A stretch of 64,000 bases of DNA, taken from assembly GCA_963792585.1 (NCBI GenBank), contig CAWBWI010000001.1, positions 320,001-384,000 of the forward strand, written 5' to 3'. Below are positions 28,125-39,263 of this stretch, piece by piece. Origin of the DNA: Candidatus Eiseniibacteriota bacterium (lineage in GTDB: Bacteria > Eisenbacteria > RBG-16-71-46 > CAIMUX01 > VGJL01). Below the pieces are notes generated by a model, which saw only the letters and a program-made list of their open reading frames with translations, was not told the origin of the DNA and searched no databases. The translations under genes and the position numbers were made by a program. Numbering within the stretch: position 1 is the first letter of the stretch; the number at the start of each line of letters is the position of its first letter.

Positions 28125-29311
28125 CTACGCGCTCGCGCCGAACTCCTTGATCATGGCGCGGGCGATCACCAGACCGCTGGATCTGGTTGGTCCCTTCGTA
28201 GATCTGCGTGATCTTCGCGTCGCGCATGTACTTCTCGATCGGGAAGTCCTTCATGTAGCCGTTGCCGCCAAGAGCTGAACGGCATCGGTCGTGACCTTCA
28301 TGGCCGTGTCGGTCGCGAAGACCTTGCACATCGCGGAGATCTTGCGTGATGTTCGGGGGAATCGGTGTCGACCGCCCGGGCCGCTGTGTAGACGAGCGAC
28401 GCGCGGCCTCGACCTGCGTTCCCATGTCGGCCACCATCCACTGGATTCCCTGGAAGGCCAGGATCGACTGATCGAATTGCCTTCGATTGGCGGTGGCGTG
28501 CACGGCCAGTTCCAGCGCCCCCTGGGCGAGACCGACGGCCTGGGACGGCGACGCCGGGGCGTGCGCGATCGAGCGTCGCCATCGCGTGGCGGAAGCCCTT
28601 TCCCTCCTCGCCGCCGAGGAGATTCTCCACCGGCACGCGGCAGTTCTCGAACTCCAGCTCGACGACGGGCACGCAGCGGATCCCCATCTTGTCCTCGACC
28701 TTTCCGATCGAGAAGCCCGGGGTCGGCTTCTCGACCACGATGGCCGAGATGCCGCGCGGCCCCTTCGATGCGGGGTCGGTACGACAGAAGATCGTGTAGA
28801 TCGTCGCAACGCCGCCATTGGTGTTCCACTTCTTGTGGCCGTTGAGGACATACGCGTCCCCGTCGCGGCGCGCGGAGCATTGCAGACTTCCGGCATCGCT
28901 CCCCGCATCGCGCTCCGAGAGCCCGAAGGCGACCAGGGCCTCGCCCTTCGCAATCGTCGGAAGCCACCGGCGTTTCTGCTCCTCCGTGCCGCCCAGGATG
29001 ATCGGGAACGAGCCGAGGGCGTTGACCGCATAGGCCACACCGACCCCGCCGCAGGCCCGCGACAGCTCCTCGACCACGATGCAGAGATTCAGGAGCCCAG
29101 CGCCGTGCCCGCCGTACTCCTTTGGCACCCAGACGCCGGTCAGGTCGGCGGCCTTCAGCGCTGCCAGGACTTCCCACGGGTATTCCTGGAGCTGGTCGTA
29201 CTTGGCGGCGACCGGACGCACCGCCGTTTCCGCGACCTCCCGTGCACGCGCGCGGTAGGAGCGGTTCTCGTCGGTCATCAGGTGGTCGAGGGGGGTCAGG
29301 AGAGATTCCAT
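28125..29311 (-). CDS. Acyl-CoA dehydrogenase (butyryl-CoA type), several indels in the 3' half
   Basis: FGLSERDAGSD, KKWNTNG, EDKMGIR, RRQFDQ, MRDAKITQIYEGTNQIQR across frames. Confidence 0.88.
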
Positions 29312-29354
29312 CGGTTCCTCCATGGAAAGGAATCGAGCGGCCAGAATCCGGCCC

Positions 29355-30370
29355 TCAGTTTGGAATGTTCGGGACCGGACAGCACCCGGGATCGGGCGTT
29401 GTCAGCAGCGGAGCGATCAGGCCCAGGACGCGGGTTCGGGCCTCGGCGAGCGAGCAGACGAGCGTGGCGCCTGCGGCGAACGGATGGCCCCCGCCGCCCA
29501 TCGTCTGGGCCGCGTCCTGCACCTCGACCCGACCCTTGGATCGCAGCGAGACCTTGATCTCGCCGAGGTCGGCTTCCTTCAGGAGGGCCGCGACTTCCAC
29601 GCCGCTGACCTCGAGGAGGTAGTTGACGGCATCGCGGAGATCGTCCGGCGCGCAATCGTGATTTCGAATCGCCTGCTGTGAAAGTTCCGCGTAGGCGAGC
29701 TTCCCCTCTTCCCGGATTTCGATTGCGCCGAGGACCTCACCGAGCAGACGCATCTTGCCCACCGGGTTGCTCGCAAACAGGTGACGATAGACATGCGTCG
29801 CGTCGACCCCTCTCGAGAGCAGATCGGCGGCAACCAGGTGGGGGGAGGGGTGTTTCGCACGTAACGGAAAGAATGCGTATCGTAGGCGATCGCCGTGTAA
29901 AGGCACTCGCCGATCCTCGCATCGATGGGCAGATCGAGATGACTGTGGAGCAGCCGGTAGACCAGTTCACCGGTGGACGACGCTCCCGGGTCGCCGCAGA
30001 CGTCTTCCCGCAGCGCGCCCGCCACGGGATGATGGTCCAGGAAGATCGTGGGGAACCCTGCCTTCCGAATCAACTCGCCCACATGGCCGAGGAGGGCCCA
30101 TCGGTGGGTGTCGACGATCAATGCAAGATTCGGAGGCGGGCAATCCAGCGAGGACGCGTCTCTGGGGATCGATCGCAGGTATCCGTCGGGATCCAGAAAG
30201 CGGAATCGATCCGGGCAGGGGTCTGGCAGGACGCAGTCGACCTCCATGCCGGTTCGCTTCAGCGCGATGGTCAGGGCCAAGAGCGCGCCGATGCCGTCCC
30301 CATCCGGATCGGCATGTGTGGACAGGAGTATCCTGCGTGATGCGCGGATCCGATCCGCCAGTCGTCTCAT
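29355..30370 (-). CDS. DHH/DHHA1 phosphoesterase (NrnA-like), one indel near 29850
   Basis: HADPDGDG, DHH, SSTGELV, DT.SF, KVSLRS, GGGGHPFAAG; the break is in a G-run. Confidence 0.88.
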
Positions 30371-30436
30371 GCTGTCGATTCCCCCAGGCTCTTGCCCCGT
30401 CCGAGGTGTCGTTTGGAGCTTGAAACAGAACTAGCC

Positions 30437-30465
30437 ACGTTAGCGCCCCGGCCTCGATGGGTCAA
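30437..30465 (-). promoter_or_regulatory. Sigma70-type promoter upstream of the DHH gene
   Basis: TTGACC-N17-TAACGT on the minus strand. Confidence 0.45.
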
Positions 30466-30532
30466 CATGGAAGCGGCCGTGCGCGGCTTTGCCTGCTCGG
30501 AGACGGATGGATCCCTGGAGAAACCCGGTCCG

Positions 30533-31015
30533 TCATCCCTGTGCGCGTTCCCCACTTGCCGGAGGGAAGAACCTCCCAACGAGTTCTTCCAGGTAGGTGC
30601 GGTCGGTCTGATCGAAGGCCGCCGGGAGGTGGCTGTCGAGGTCGAGAACCGCGGTTACCTCACCGGATGCGGCGATGACGGGCAGGACGATCTCCGATCG
30701 CGCATCGGCGTCGCAGGCGACGTGGCCGGGGAATGCGTAGACATCCGGGACAACCTGGGTCGAGCGCGTGCGGGCGGCCGCGCCGCAGACCCCGCGATCG
30801 AAGGTAATTCTCAGGCAGCCGATGTCCCCTTGGTACGGTCCGACGGCGAGCACTCCGGGTGCGGTGACCCTGTAGAAGCCGACCCACGAGACCCAGGGGA
30901 TATCGCGCTTGAGGATCGCGCAAACCGTCGCCATGCGCGTCAGGAGATCGGGTTCGCCCTCGAGCACGCTGTCCAGCTCGCGCAACAACTCGTCGTATAC
31001 CCGATGCTTGTCCAT
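30533..31015 (-). CDS. msrC: GAF-domain free methionine-R-sulfoxide reductase (MsrC/YebR-like)
   Basis: WVGFY, GPYQG..GC, GVCGAAA, VPDV..FPGHVACD...SEIVLP, VLDLDS. Confidence 0.85.
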   Translation of the reverse strand: MDKHRVYDELLRELDSVLEGEPDLLTRMATVCAILKRDIPWVSWVGFYRVTAPGVLAVGPYQGDIGCLRITFDRGVCGAAARTRSTQVVPDVYAFPGHVACDADARSEIVLPVIAASGEVTAVLDLDSHLPAAFDQTDRTYLEELVGRFFPPASGERAQG

Positions 31016-31027
31016 CCGATTCGCCTC

Positions 31028-32851
31028 CTATCGGCGACCGAGCCAGATCAATCGCGTGGCGCCGCCTCCGCCGGAGCAGCGCAGCCAGTAGACCCCGGCG
31101 GGGAGGACGCGCCCGTCGGCGCCGAGACCGTCCCAAGCGCCGTCGGCCGCGCGCCCGACGATCCGTCCCGCGGCGTCGCAGACATCTACCGCGTTGCACG
31201 GCGCGAGCCAGCGTACCTGGCCGTGGGCCGGGTTGCCGAACAAGATCGGCGCGACCGGGGCGGCGACACCCCCCGCGATCGGGAGCCGCAGGATTCCCCA
31301 TGCGAGCGGGGTGATGTTCAGGGCCGGCTTTGCCGACTTCTGCAGGAGCGACAGGATCTCCTCCCGCCGCAGGGTCACGTCGACGATCCCGCCCCGCAGG
31401 CCCGCGGAAGCGAGCAGAGCCGCCGCGCCGGCCACATGGGGCGCGGCCGCGGATGTTCCGCTGAATCCCATGGTTCCGTACGTCGCGGTCGTCACGCGCA
31501 CGGGTGCGCAGAGCTCAGGCTTCGCCGGTTCGGTCTCGAACGCCCCGCGGCTGGAGTACGAATCGAGTTCTTCCGTGGCGTAATAGACGGCCCCCACCGC
31601 CAGCACGTTGGGTGAGTCTGCGGGCGCGAGCAGACTTCGATCGCGCCGTTGGTGGTCCTCGATGTGCGTTCCCGATCCGATGCGAAACAGGTGGATGGTG
31701 CGCTCCTCGAGCGAGCCCCGCTTGAGGCGGACCCTCGCCGCGACCGGTCGAACGTTGTTCGTGGTGTAGTCCACGTATCGGAATGCGTAGGGATATCCCT
31801 CGTAGTCGTACGCGCTCGTCGCGAGGACCTGGTCCGTATCGTCGACGACCTCGAGCACCAGATCGAGATTCGTCGAGAGAGGCCATGAGTCCCAGAGGAG
31901 GGCCAGCATCACCTCTCTGCCGGCGCTCTCTGCAGAGAAGTCGATCCGCTCGTCCCCCTGGGCATCGAACTCGAGGTAGCCGTCGCCATCGACATCCGCG
32001 GCCGGCGCCCATGTATGTCTCTCGGCCTCGTTCCCCGCGGCATTGACCCACAAGACGCCCCGCCGGGCCGCGTCGTCCGCGATCTCGTCGATCGGGCCCG
32101 TGCCGTCCAGGCCGCCGAAATACCATCCGATCGAGTGGCTGATCACCGAGACCTTCTCCTTCACCAGCCAGTCCACGGCGGAGCGGAGATCGAGCGGGGA
32201 TTCGGCGTTGACGAGATAGAGCTGCGCGCCGGGCGCGATGTCGGAGACGATCTCCGCGCACGCGGTGCCGTGATCCTCATTCTCCCCGATGATGTCTCCT
32301 TCCCCGGACGGGCTGCGGAAGAACGATCGTGCGTGCACCTGCGCGGGGAGTTCGCTGCCGAGGAGGGTTTGGTATCCCTTGAATCCGAGATCCACGACGG
32401 CGACGCGGGCTCCTTCCCCCGCGTAGCCCTGGGCGCGGAATGCGGGCACCCGGATCGACGGGAGTCCTTCGGACTGGACGGTCCGGACCCCGCGAGGCGG
32501 TCGCAGGAGGTAGGAAACGCCGGGAATCGCAGCGATCCGTTCCAGATCTTGCCAGGGGGCGACGAGCTGCCCGAATGCATCCGCGTCCGTCTCCCAGACC
32601 GACGAGGGACTCGCCTGGAGGATGGCGGCTCGAAGCTCGTCCCAGGATGCGTCTGGGTCCTTCTGGACCCAGATGCGTGCCCGGCCGCGCGCCGCTTCTC
32701 CCTCGTCCCAGACGAAAAGGGGAGAGATGCGCGCCGGCGCTTTCGGTGCGCCGGCAACAGGGAGACGCGCAAGGAATGGTTCGATGCCGCCGGCCCCGAC
32801 GTGCCCGACGCTCAGAGTGCCGAGCAGCAGGACCAGCCCGATCCGCCTCAA
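31028..32851 (-). CDS. Secreted subtilisin-like S8 peptidase with a short FlgD-Ig/T9SS-like C-terminal domain
   Basis: Catalytic triad VAVVDLG / HGTACAE / FSGTSAAAPHVAG; NAAGN; tail WDGLGADGRVLPAGVYWLR. TTG start overlaps the upstream stop. Confidence 0.85.
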   Translation of the reverse strand: MRRIGLVLLLGTLSVGHVGAGGIEPFLARLPVAGAPKAPARISPLFVWDEGEAARGRARIWVQKDPDASWDELRAAILQASPSSVWETDADAFGQLVAPWQDLERIAAIPGVSYLLRPPRGVRTVQSEGLPSIRVPAFRAQGYAGEGARVAVVDLGFKGYQTLLGSELPAQVHARSFFRSPSGEGDIIGENEDHGTACAEIVSDIAPGAQLYLVNAESPLDLRSAVDWLVKEKVSVISHSIGWYFGGLDGTGPIDEIADDAARRGVLWVNAAGNEAERHTWAPAADVDGDGYLEFDAQGDERIDFSAESAGREVMLALLWDSWPLSTNLDLVLEVVDDTDQVLATSAYDYEGYPYAFRYVDYTTNNVRPVAARVRLKRGSLEERTIHLFRIGSGTHIEDHQRRDRSLLAPADSPNVLAVGAVYYATEELDSYSSRGAFETEPAKPELCAPVRVTTATYGTMGFSGTSAAAPHVAGAAALLASAGLRGGIVDVTLRREEILSLLQKSAKPALNITPLAWGILRLPIAGGVAAPVAPILFGNPAHGQVRWLAPCNAVDVCDAAGRIVGRAADGAWDGLGADGRVLPAGVYWLRCSGGGGATRLIWLGRR

Positions 32852-33471
32852 GGCAACCTCCAGGCAATGCGGACCCCGTAGGCGCCGCCGTTCGCACGGG
32901 ACGCTCCGTGGGGGGAGTAGGTCGAGCCCAAGCTGCTCTGCATGCGGCGGATGGGGATCAAGCTCAGGTATCCTTCGACCCGCGCGCGCGGGAATGCTTT
33001 CCGATCCACGCCCGCAACCAGGATGCCGCCCGGGTGAAAGCCTCCCTCCGGCCGGTTCTCGCGGTCCTCCCCGTCCATGCGGTAGCGGAAACTCTCGCGA
33101 AGCCAGAGCAGCTCGAATCCCGCGCCCGCGTAGGGGGACCAGAGGGCGGAGCCCTTCAGCGGGAACCGGACCATGAGGTCGAGCGGCACCCCCGTGAGGG
33201 TCCCTTTCGCTCTCTCCATGAAGAACGGCGCGTCGAGCGCCGCCGAAGAACGATGGAACCCTCCTTCCAAAGACAGAAGCGTCGACCACCCGCGGACTTC
33301 GATTCCCGCGTGGACGGCCACGCCATCCCCGTAGCGCTCCGCGACCGCTCCCAAGGCCGGACGATGATAGCCGACGGCGATGGAGTAGGAGGGCGCCGCG
33401 GCGGCTGCGGCGCTCGCCGTGCAGAGACCGAGCAAGGCTACGGCGCAATGGAACAGGGAAGATCTTCTCAA
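32848..33471 (-). CDS. Small outer-membrane beta-barrel protein (OmpW/OmpA-TM-like)
   Basis: Signal peptide, alternating beta-strands, SPYAGAG, terminal GVRIAWRLP. Confidence 0.65.
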   Translation of the reverse strand: MRRSSLFHCAVALLGLCTASAAAAAAPSYSIAVGYHRPALGAVAERYGDGVAVHAGIEVRGWSTLLSLEGGFHRSSAALDAPFFMERAKGTLTGVPLDLMVRFPLKGSALWSPYAGAGFELLWLRESFRYRMDGEDRENRPEGGFHPGGILVAGVDRKAFPRARVEGYLSLIPIRRMQSSLGSTYSPHGASRANGGAYGVRIAWRLP

Positions 33472-33671
33472 CCTGACCTCCAGCCCAAGGATTCCACTGC
33501 GGATCGTACAGCAAGGCTCCGGGGCAGCCTCAAGGATTGGATGGTCGAAGGGGGACGGTATCGAAAATTCGATGGCGCGCCCGCGGACTCCTCGCGCGCG
33601 CAAGGGGCCGCGATGCCGCTCCTCCATTCGCGGGCCGTCGGTTAGCCGATTGATATCGATTCTTCAGCGAC

Positions 33672-33687
33672 TGGTACGTTCCGTGCA
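33672..33687 (+). promoter_or_regulatory. Sigma54-type (-24/-12) promoter
   Basis: TGGTAC-N5-GTGCA with exact GG-N10-GC spacing, in an AT-richer intergenic patch. Confidence 0.5.
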
Positions 33688-34002
33688 TGTTATGGAGGAC
33701 GTTCGCCATCGGCGGACCGAGGATTTTCGGGCGGGCGGATCGACTGAAGGATGGCTCCTGTAGCGCTGCCACCGATTGCAAAGGTCAGAAAGACCCGGCA
33801 GCCATGGAACCCCAGCCGGTCGATCCCCCCGCCAACCATTCGAAGGACATTGGGGGCTCCTCATGCCCGGCAACCTGCGCCCCCCTTGTCCACCCCTCCT
33901 CTGACCGGTAGGATCGACCTCAGGACTGGGCCGGGCACGGCCGCGGACACGGACTTCGCGGTGTTCGGCCCCGACGACCGATCACTTAAGGAGGAACCTA
34001 CG

Positions 34003-34881
34003 TTGATCGCACGCAACATGCTGCGGCATGGCAGCTCCGTCGTTTTCCCCGCCCTGGCGCTCATCGCTCTGATGGGGCTTGCCGGCTGCGGGGACGACAG
34101 CTCCACGAACCCGCCCCCGGACTTCGCGGCGCCGACCAACGTCCGGGTGGCTAACGGCGACCAGAACATCACGATTCGTTGGGACGCGAGCACGAACGAA
34201 TCGGATTCCGACTTCAAGCGGTACAACATCTATCGCGGGACCTCGTCGCTGATCGGGGTGAGCGAGGATCAGCTTGATCAACTCGGCTACAAGGTCGGCA
34301 CGGCGACGTCGGCGGACCGTAGCTTCACGACGACGGTCGCCAACGGAACGCTCTACTACTTCCACGTTCGCGGGGAGAAGAACGATGGGACCCTGAGCCA
34401 TCCCAGCGATGAGAAGAGGGGCGCCGGCCGGCTGGAGGGCGAGGGGAAGATCATCTTCGAGTTCGCCTCGACCGGCGACAGCGGTTTCGACTTCTCCGAA
34501 GGCAGCGTGGTCGCGCTCATCGAGACGAACCCCGACCGGTTCGATCTGACCGACATCTATCTCGGGACGAGCGACGCCAACGACGATCCGGGAAGCCCTC
34601 TCTCGCTGAAGAGTCCCGAGCTGCTCGAGCGCCTGAACGGCGGGTGGAGCGGCAAGGCCGCCGGCCTGAAGTTCCTGGGGACTGACTGGTCGGCGAACAC
34701 AACGACAGCGGAGGGATTCGACGATCAAGTCGGCCTGCTCACGGACGCAATCTACGTGATCAAGACGCCGCTCTCCAACTACGTGAAGCTGCAGGTCACC
34801 TCGATCGACGGTACCGCCGGCACGCGCAGCATCACGTTCCGCTATGCATTCCAGCCGACCCCGAACCTGATTCAGTTCTAG
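34003..34881 (+). CDS. Lipoprotein with FN3 domain and HmuY-like C-terminal beta domain
   Basis: AAGGAGG SD before TTG 34003; lipobox LAGC; APTNVRV..ITIRWD..YNIYR (FN3); GFDFSEG..YVIKT..YVKLQV..ITFRYAFQ. Confidence 0.7.
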   Translation: MIARNMLRHGSSVVFPALALIALMGLAGCGDDSSTNPPPDFAAPTNVRVANGDQNITIRWDASTNESDSDFKRYNIYRGTSSLIGVSEDQLDQLGYKVGTATSADRSFTTTVANGTLYYFHVRGEKNDGTLSHPSDEKRGAGRLEGEGKIIFEFASTGDSGFDFSEGSVVALIETNPDRFDLTDIYLGTSDANDDPGSPLSLKSPELLERLNGGWSGKAAGLKFLGTDWSANTTTAEGFDDQVGLLTDAIYVIKTPLSNYVKLQVTSIDGTAGTRSITFRYAFQPTPNLIQF

Positions 34882-34899
34882 TTCGGACCACACGGAAAT

Positions 34900-34934
34900 C
34901 GCCCGGAGGAAGCGGCTGCTTCCTCCGGGCGTTT
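34900..34934. terminator. Intrinsic terminator-like hairpin between convergent genes
   Basis: 14-bp perfect stem CGCCCGGAGGAAGC/GCTTCCTCCGGGCG with a 4-nt loop, followed by TTT. Confidence 0.75.
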
Positions 34935-34987
34935 CGCACCCGTCGCGGCGGGGCGCATCGCCCAGCTTCGCGAACGCCTCGAGGGAA

Positions 34988-36241
<1,254 letters not shown>

Positions 36242-36264
36242 CTCTCCTCCTCCTCCCGTGCTGT

Positions 36265-37443
36265 CTACCGGAACGCGTCCAGTCCTGTGATTGCGGATCC
36301 CACGATCAGCGTGTGGATGTCGTGGGTGCCCTCGTACGTGGAGACCGACTCCAGATTACACATATGGCGGCCGGGGCAGTATTCGTCGGTGATCCCGCTC
36401 GCGCCAAGGAGATCGCGCGCCGCCCGCGCGGTCTCGAGAGCCATGCGGACGTTGTCGCGCTTGGCGAGCGAGACCTGGTCGAACCGCGCCCGCCCCTCCT
36501 CCTTCAACCGTCCGAGGCGCAGCGCAAGAAGCTGCGCCTTGCTGATCGCCCCCACCATTTCGACGAGCTTCTGCTGGACGAGCTGATGGCCGGCGATCGG
36601 TCCGTCGAATTGCACGCGTGTCTTCGCATAGCGCAGGGCGTCGTGGAAACAGGCCTGCGCGGCGCCGATCGCGCCCCAAGCGATCCCGTATCTCGCCTGG
36701 GTCAGGCAGGAGAGGGCGCTCTTGAGGCCGATCGCTCCCGGAAGAATCGACTCGCCCGGGATCCGGCAGCGATCGAAGACGAGCTCGGAGGTGACCGACG
36801 CACGCAAGCTCCACTTGTGCTTGATCTCCTGTGCCGTGAATCCGGGCGTCCCGGCCTCGATCAGGAATCCCCTCACCCCGTCGTCGGTCTTGGCGAATAC
36901 GACGGCGACGTCGGCGATCGAGCCGTTGGTGATCCACATCTTCGACCCCGAGACGATCCAGTCGGCGCCATCCGGCCGGGCAAAGGTCCGCATCCCGCCG
37001 GGGTTCGATCCGGCATCGGCCTCGGTGAGGCCGAAGCAGCCGATCTTGCGACCCGCGCGGAGTTCGGGGAGCCAGCGTTGCTTCTGCGCCTCGCTGCCAT
37101 ACGTGTGGATCGGGTACATCACCAGGGAGCCCTGAACCGAGGAGAAACTCCGCAGACCGGAGTCTCCCCGCTCGAGCTCCTGCTGGATCAGGCCGTAGGC
37201 GACCGGCCCAAGCTCGGGGCTGTCCGGTCCGGGGATCTGGGGGCCCAGCATGCCCATGGCCCCCATCTCGGGAATTCGATCGAGGGGGAATCGGCCCTCC
37301 CGGAACCACCCCGCGATTCCCGGCAGGAACCGCTCATCGACCCAGGACCGAACGGCGTCGCGGACCATCCGCTCGTCTTCCGTGAGCAGATCGTCGAGGC
37401 CGAGAAAATCGAGTCCCTGGTATTCGCCGGACATGGCCCCCAT
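36265..37443 (-). CDS. Glutaryl-CoA dehydrogenase-like acyl-CoA dehydrogenase
   Basis: [54 protein letters not shown]; start may be 37434. Confidence 0.88.
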   Translation of the reverse strand: MGAMSGEYQGLDFLGLDDLLTEDERMVRDAVRSWVDERFLPGIAGWFREGRFPLDRIPEMGAMGMLGPQIPGPDSPELGPVAYGLIQQELERGDSGLRSFSSVQGSLVMYPIHTYGSEAQKQRWLPELRAGRKIGCFGLTEADAGSNPGGMRTFARPDGADWIVSGSKMWITNGSIADVAVVFAKTDDGVRGFLIEAGTPGFTAQEIKHKWSLRASVTSELVFDRCRIPGESILPGAIGLKSALSCLTQARYGIAWGAIGAAQACFHDALRYAKTRVQFDGPIAGHQLVQQKLVEMVGAISKAQLLALRLGRLKEEGRARFDQVSLAKRDNVRMALETARAARDLLGASGITDEYCPGRHMCNLESVSTYEGTHDIHTLIVGSAITGLDAFR

Positions 37444-37489
37444 GGTGACGGAAATCGCCGTCTTGCGGAAGGGGGCAACCGGGGCCCGA

Positions 37490-38806
37490 TTACCGGGTGA
37501 AGGTGGTCACCGTCTGCATTTCCCTCAGGGCCACGCTTCCCGAGAACGTGCGAGCGACTCCGTCGACGACGGTGCGGACGCGGAACGGGACGGTGCCGGA
37601 GTCGTTGGCGCTGCAAAAGCCCCAGAGGCGCACCTTCACGGTGTAGGTCCCCGACGGAGCTCCCGAGTTCGGCCAGAAGATATTCTCCGGGTCGCGGCTC
37701 CCCGGGTTGTTGCATGTCCGATCGCGATCGAGCTTCCCGCCGGTTGCGGAGACCGAATGGCCGAAGTAGACCTCCTCGGCGGACGGTTCGACGACATGCA
37801 GGTCGAGATCGACCGACTGATCCCACGTCAGGGTGATCTGGACCGCGCCGGTACCGAACGCGAGATCCGGTTGCCCCTCGCAGGGCGCCTGCATGGGTGA
37901 CGTCTTGAGCTGCGGCTGCACCCAGGCCGAGGGATTCAGGACCATCTCGACCGGCGGCTCTGTTCCCGGGATCCACGGCTCATCGACTTGATACGACTCG
38001 GTCTCGATCCAACCGTCGGGCGCGGTCGGCAAGAGGCTCGGAACGGGTGTATAGCGCGTGAGCTCGAAGTCGAACCGGCCCTGCGGGAGGATCAGGTTGC
38101 AGTGATCCAAGACCCCCGAGACGCCGCCGTTGTGCCCGGCTTCCGTGAGGATCGCGCCCACGGCCTCGGGATCGAAATTCGTGTCGACGAGCGGGTACTT
38201 CAGTTCGTATTCCTTGAGACAGATCGAGACTGCGCGGGTCCCATCCACGTTGCGAACCCGAATCGCCCCGCACGCCGTCGGGTTCACCGACGTCGCGGTT
38301 GGAAGCAGGAGGCCCCAGACGGAAAGGTGGAGCACGTCGGCGCTCACGCGTCCCGGGTCGGCGGGGTCGTTCGACGTCGTGACCGTGCGCCATGTGTGCG
38401 TCTCCGGCTCGAAACGGGCGAGCAGATAGGGCGCGTTGGTTTCCGGCGCCGGCATCGAAACGCGGCAGCGGCCCGCGAAGTGGATCCCCTCCGGCCCGAG
38501 TTGCCAAGGTCGGCCGATGAGGGCGTAGCCTTCAGGCGCCGTGGCGGAAGCCGAGGAGGGCTCGATGCTGAAGACGAGGGTGCCCGGGTTCCCCTGGGTA
38601 TCCGTCGGAACCGTCGTGGGGAGGACCGCGATCTGGATGCCCTGGTCGTTTCGGACGACAGCCTCCTGGCCCGTCTGGACGGCCCGACTCGCGCTGGAGG
38701 CGTCGCCCGGGCTCGGGGTCGTCGGGAGCTGCTTCCGGTCCGGACTGCAGCCGGAGAGAAGGCCGGCGAGGAGGATCGCCGGTAGGGCCAGGCATCGGAA
38801 CTTCAT
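37490..38806 (-). CDS. Lipoprotein with ZU5-like N-terminal region and YfaP/DUF2135-like C-terminal domain
   Basis: Lipobox LSGC; LGPEGIHF..HLSVW; VQITLTWDQSVDLDLHVVEP..LDRD..ENIFWP..GTYTVKV. Confidence 0.7.
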   Translation of the reverse strand: MKFRCLALPAILLAGLLSGCSPDRKQLPTTPSPGDASSASRAVQTGQEAVVRNDQGIQIAVLPTTVPTDTQGNPGTLVFSIEPSSASATAPEGYALIGRPWQLGPEGIHFAGRCRVSMPAPETNAPYLLARFEPETHTWRTVTTSNDPADPGRVSADVLHLSVWGLLLPTATSVNPTACGAIRVRNVDGTRAVSICLKEYELKYPLVDTNFDPEAVGAILTEAGHNGGVSGVLDHCNLILPQGRFDFELTRYTPVPSLLPTAPDGWIETESYQVDEPWIPGTEPPVEMVLNPSAWVQPQLKTSPMQAPCEGQPDLAFGTGAVQITLTWDQSVDLDLHVVEPSAEEVYFGHSVSATGGKLDRDRTCNNPGSRDPENIFWPNSGAPSGTYTVKVRLWGFCSANDSGTVPFRVRTVVDGVARTFSGSVALREMQTVTTFTR

Positions 38807-38909
38807 GGGGGCCGCCTTTCTGAACGGAGGGTCCACGGTCGGATTCCAGGCCGGGCCTGGGGAACGACGCAGATGAATTATCGGCCGTGCCGGGGCCGGT
38901 GATGACTGA

Positions 38910-38939
38910 TTGACAGGTAGCGGTCGGGGCGGCTAACCT
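38910..38939 (+). promoter_or_regulatory. Sigma70-type promoter of the rpsU-mutS2-dnaG-rpoD operon
   Basis: TTGACA-N18-TAACCT. Confidence 0.65.
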
Positions 38940-39026
38940 TCCCAAAAGTTCACACTTGGGTCGATCGAACGGCCGCGAGACCGTTCTTTTCTTTGGATTC
39001 TTCCAGAGTGAGGGGGTGGGTCTAAG

Positions 39027-39218
39027 TTGCCAGGGATTCGCGTTAAGGATGGCGAGTCCTTCGAGAGTGCGCTCCGACGCTTCAAGAAGAAGTGCGAAAA
39101 GGCAGGCATCCTCGCCGATGTCCGCAAACACCAGCACTTCGAGAAACCAAGCGAGAAGCGCAAGCGGAAGGAGAACGCCGCAAGGCGTAAGGCTACGTCG
39201 TCCAAGGGCTCTCGTTAG
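39027..39218 (+). CDS. rpsU: 30S ribosomal protein S21
   Basis: [39 protein letters not shown]. Confidence 0.96.
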   Translation: MPGIRVKDGESFESALRRFKKKCEKAGILADVRKHQHFEKPSEKRKRKENAARRKATSSKGSR

Positions 39219-39263
39219 CTCCCGCATCGAGGCCGGCCCGGTGAGCCCGGGCCGGCCGATCTT

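Noticed and set aside
32852..33514. N-terminal 221 aa of the 828-aa S8 ORF
   Set aside because: It overlaps the beta-barrel gene in another frame; the signal peptide begins at TTG 32851.
33690..33860. Fluoride or c-di-GMP-I riboswitch in the long leader
   Set aside because: Only partial resemblance (GTTCGCC; GCAAA..GAAA); the conserved GATG and GACGCAAAGC cores are missing.
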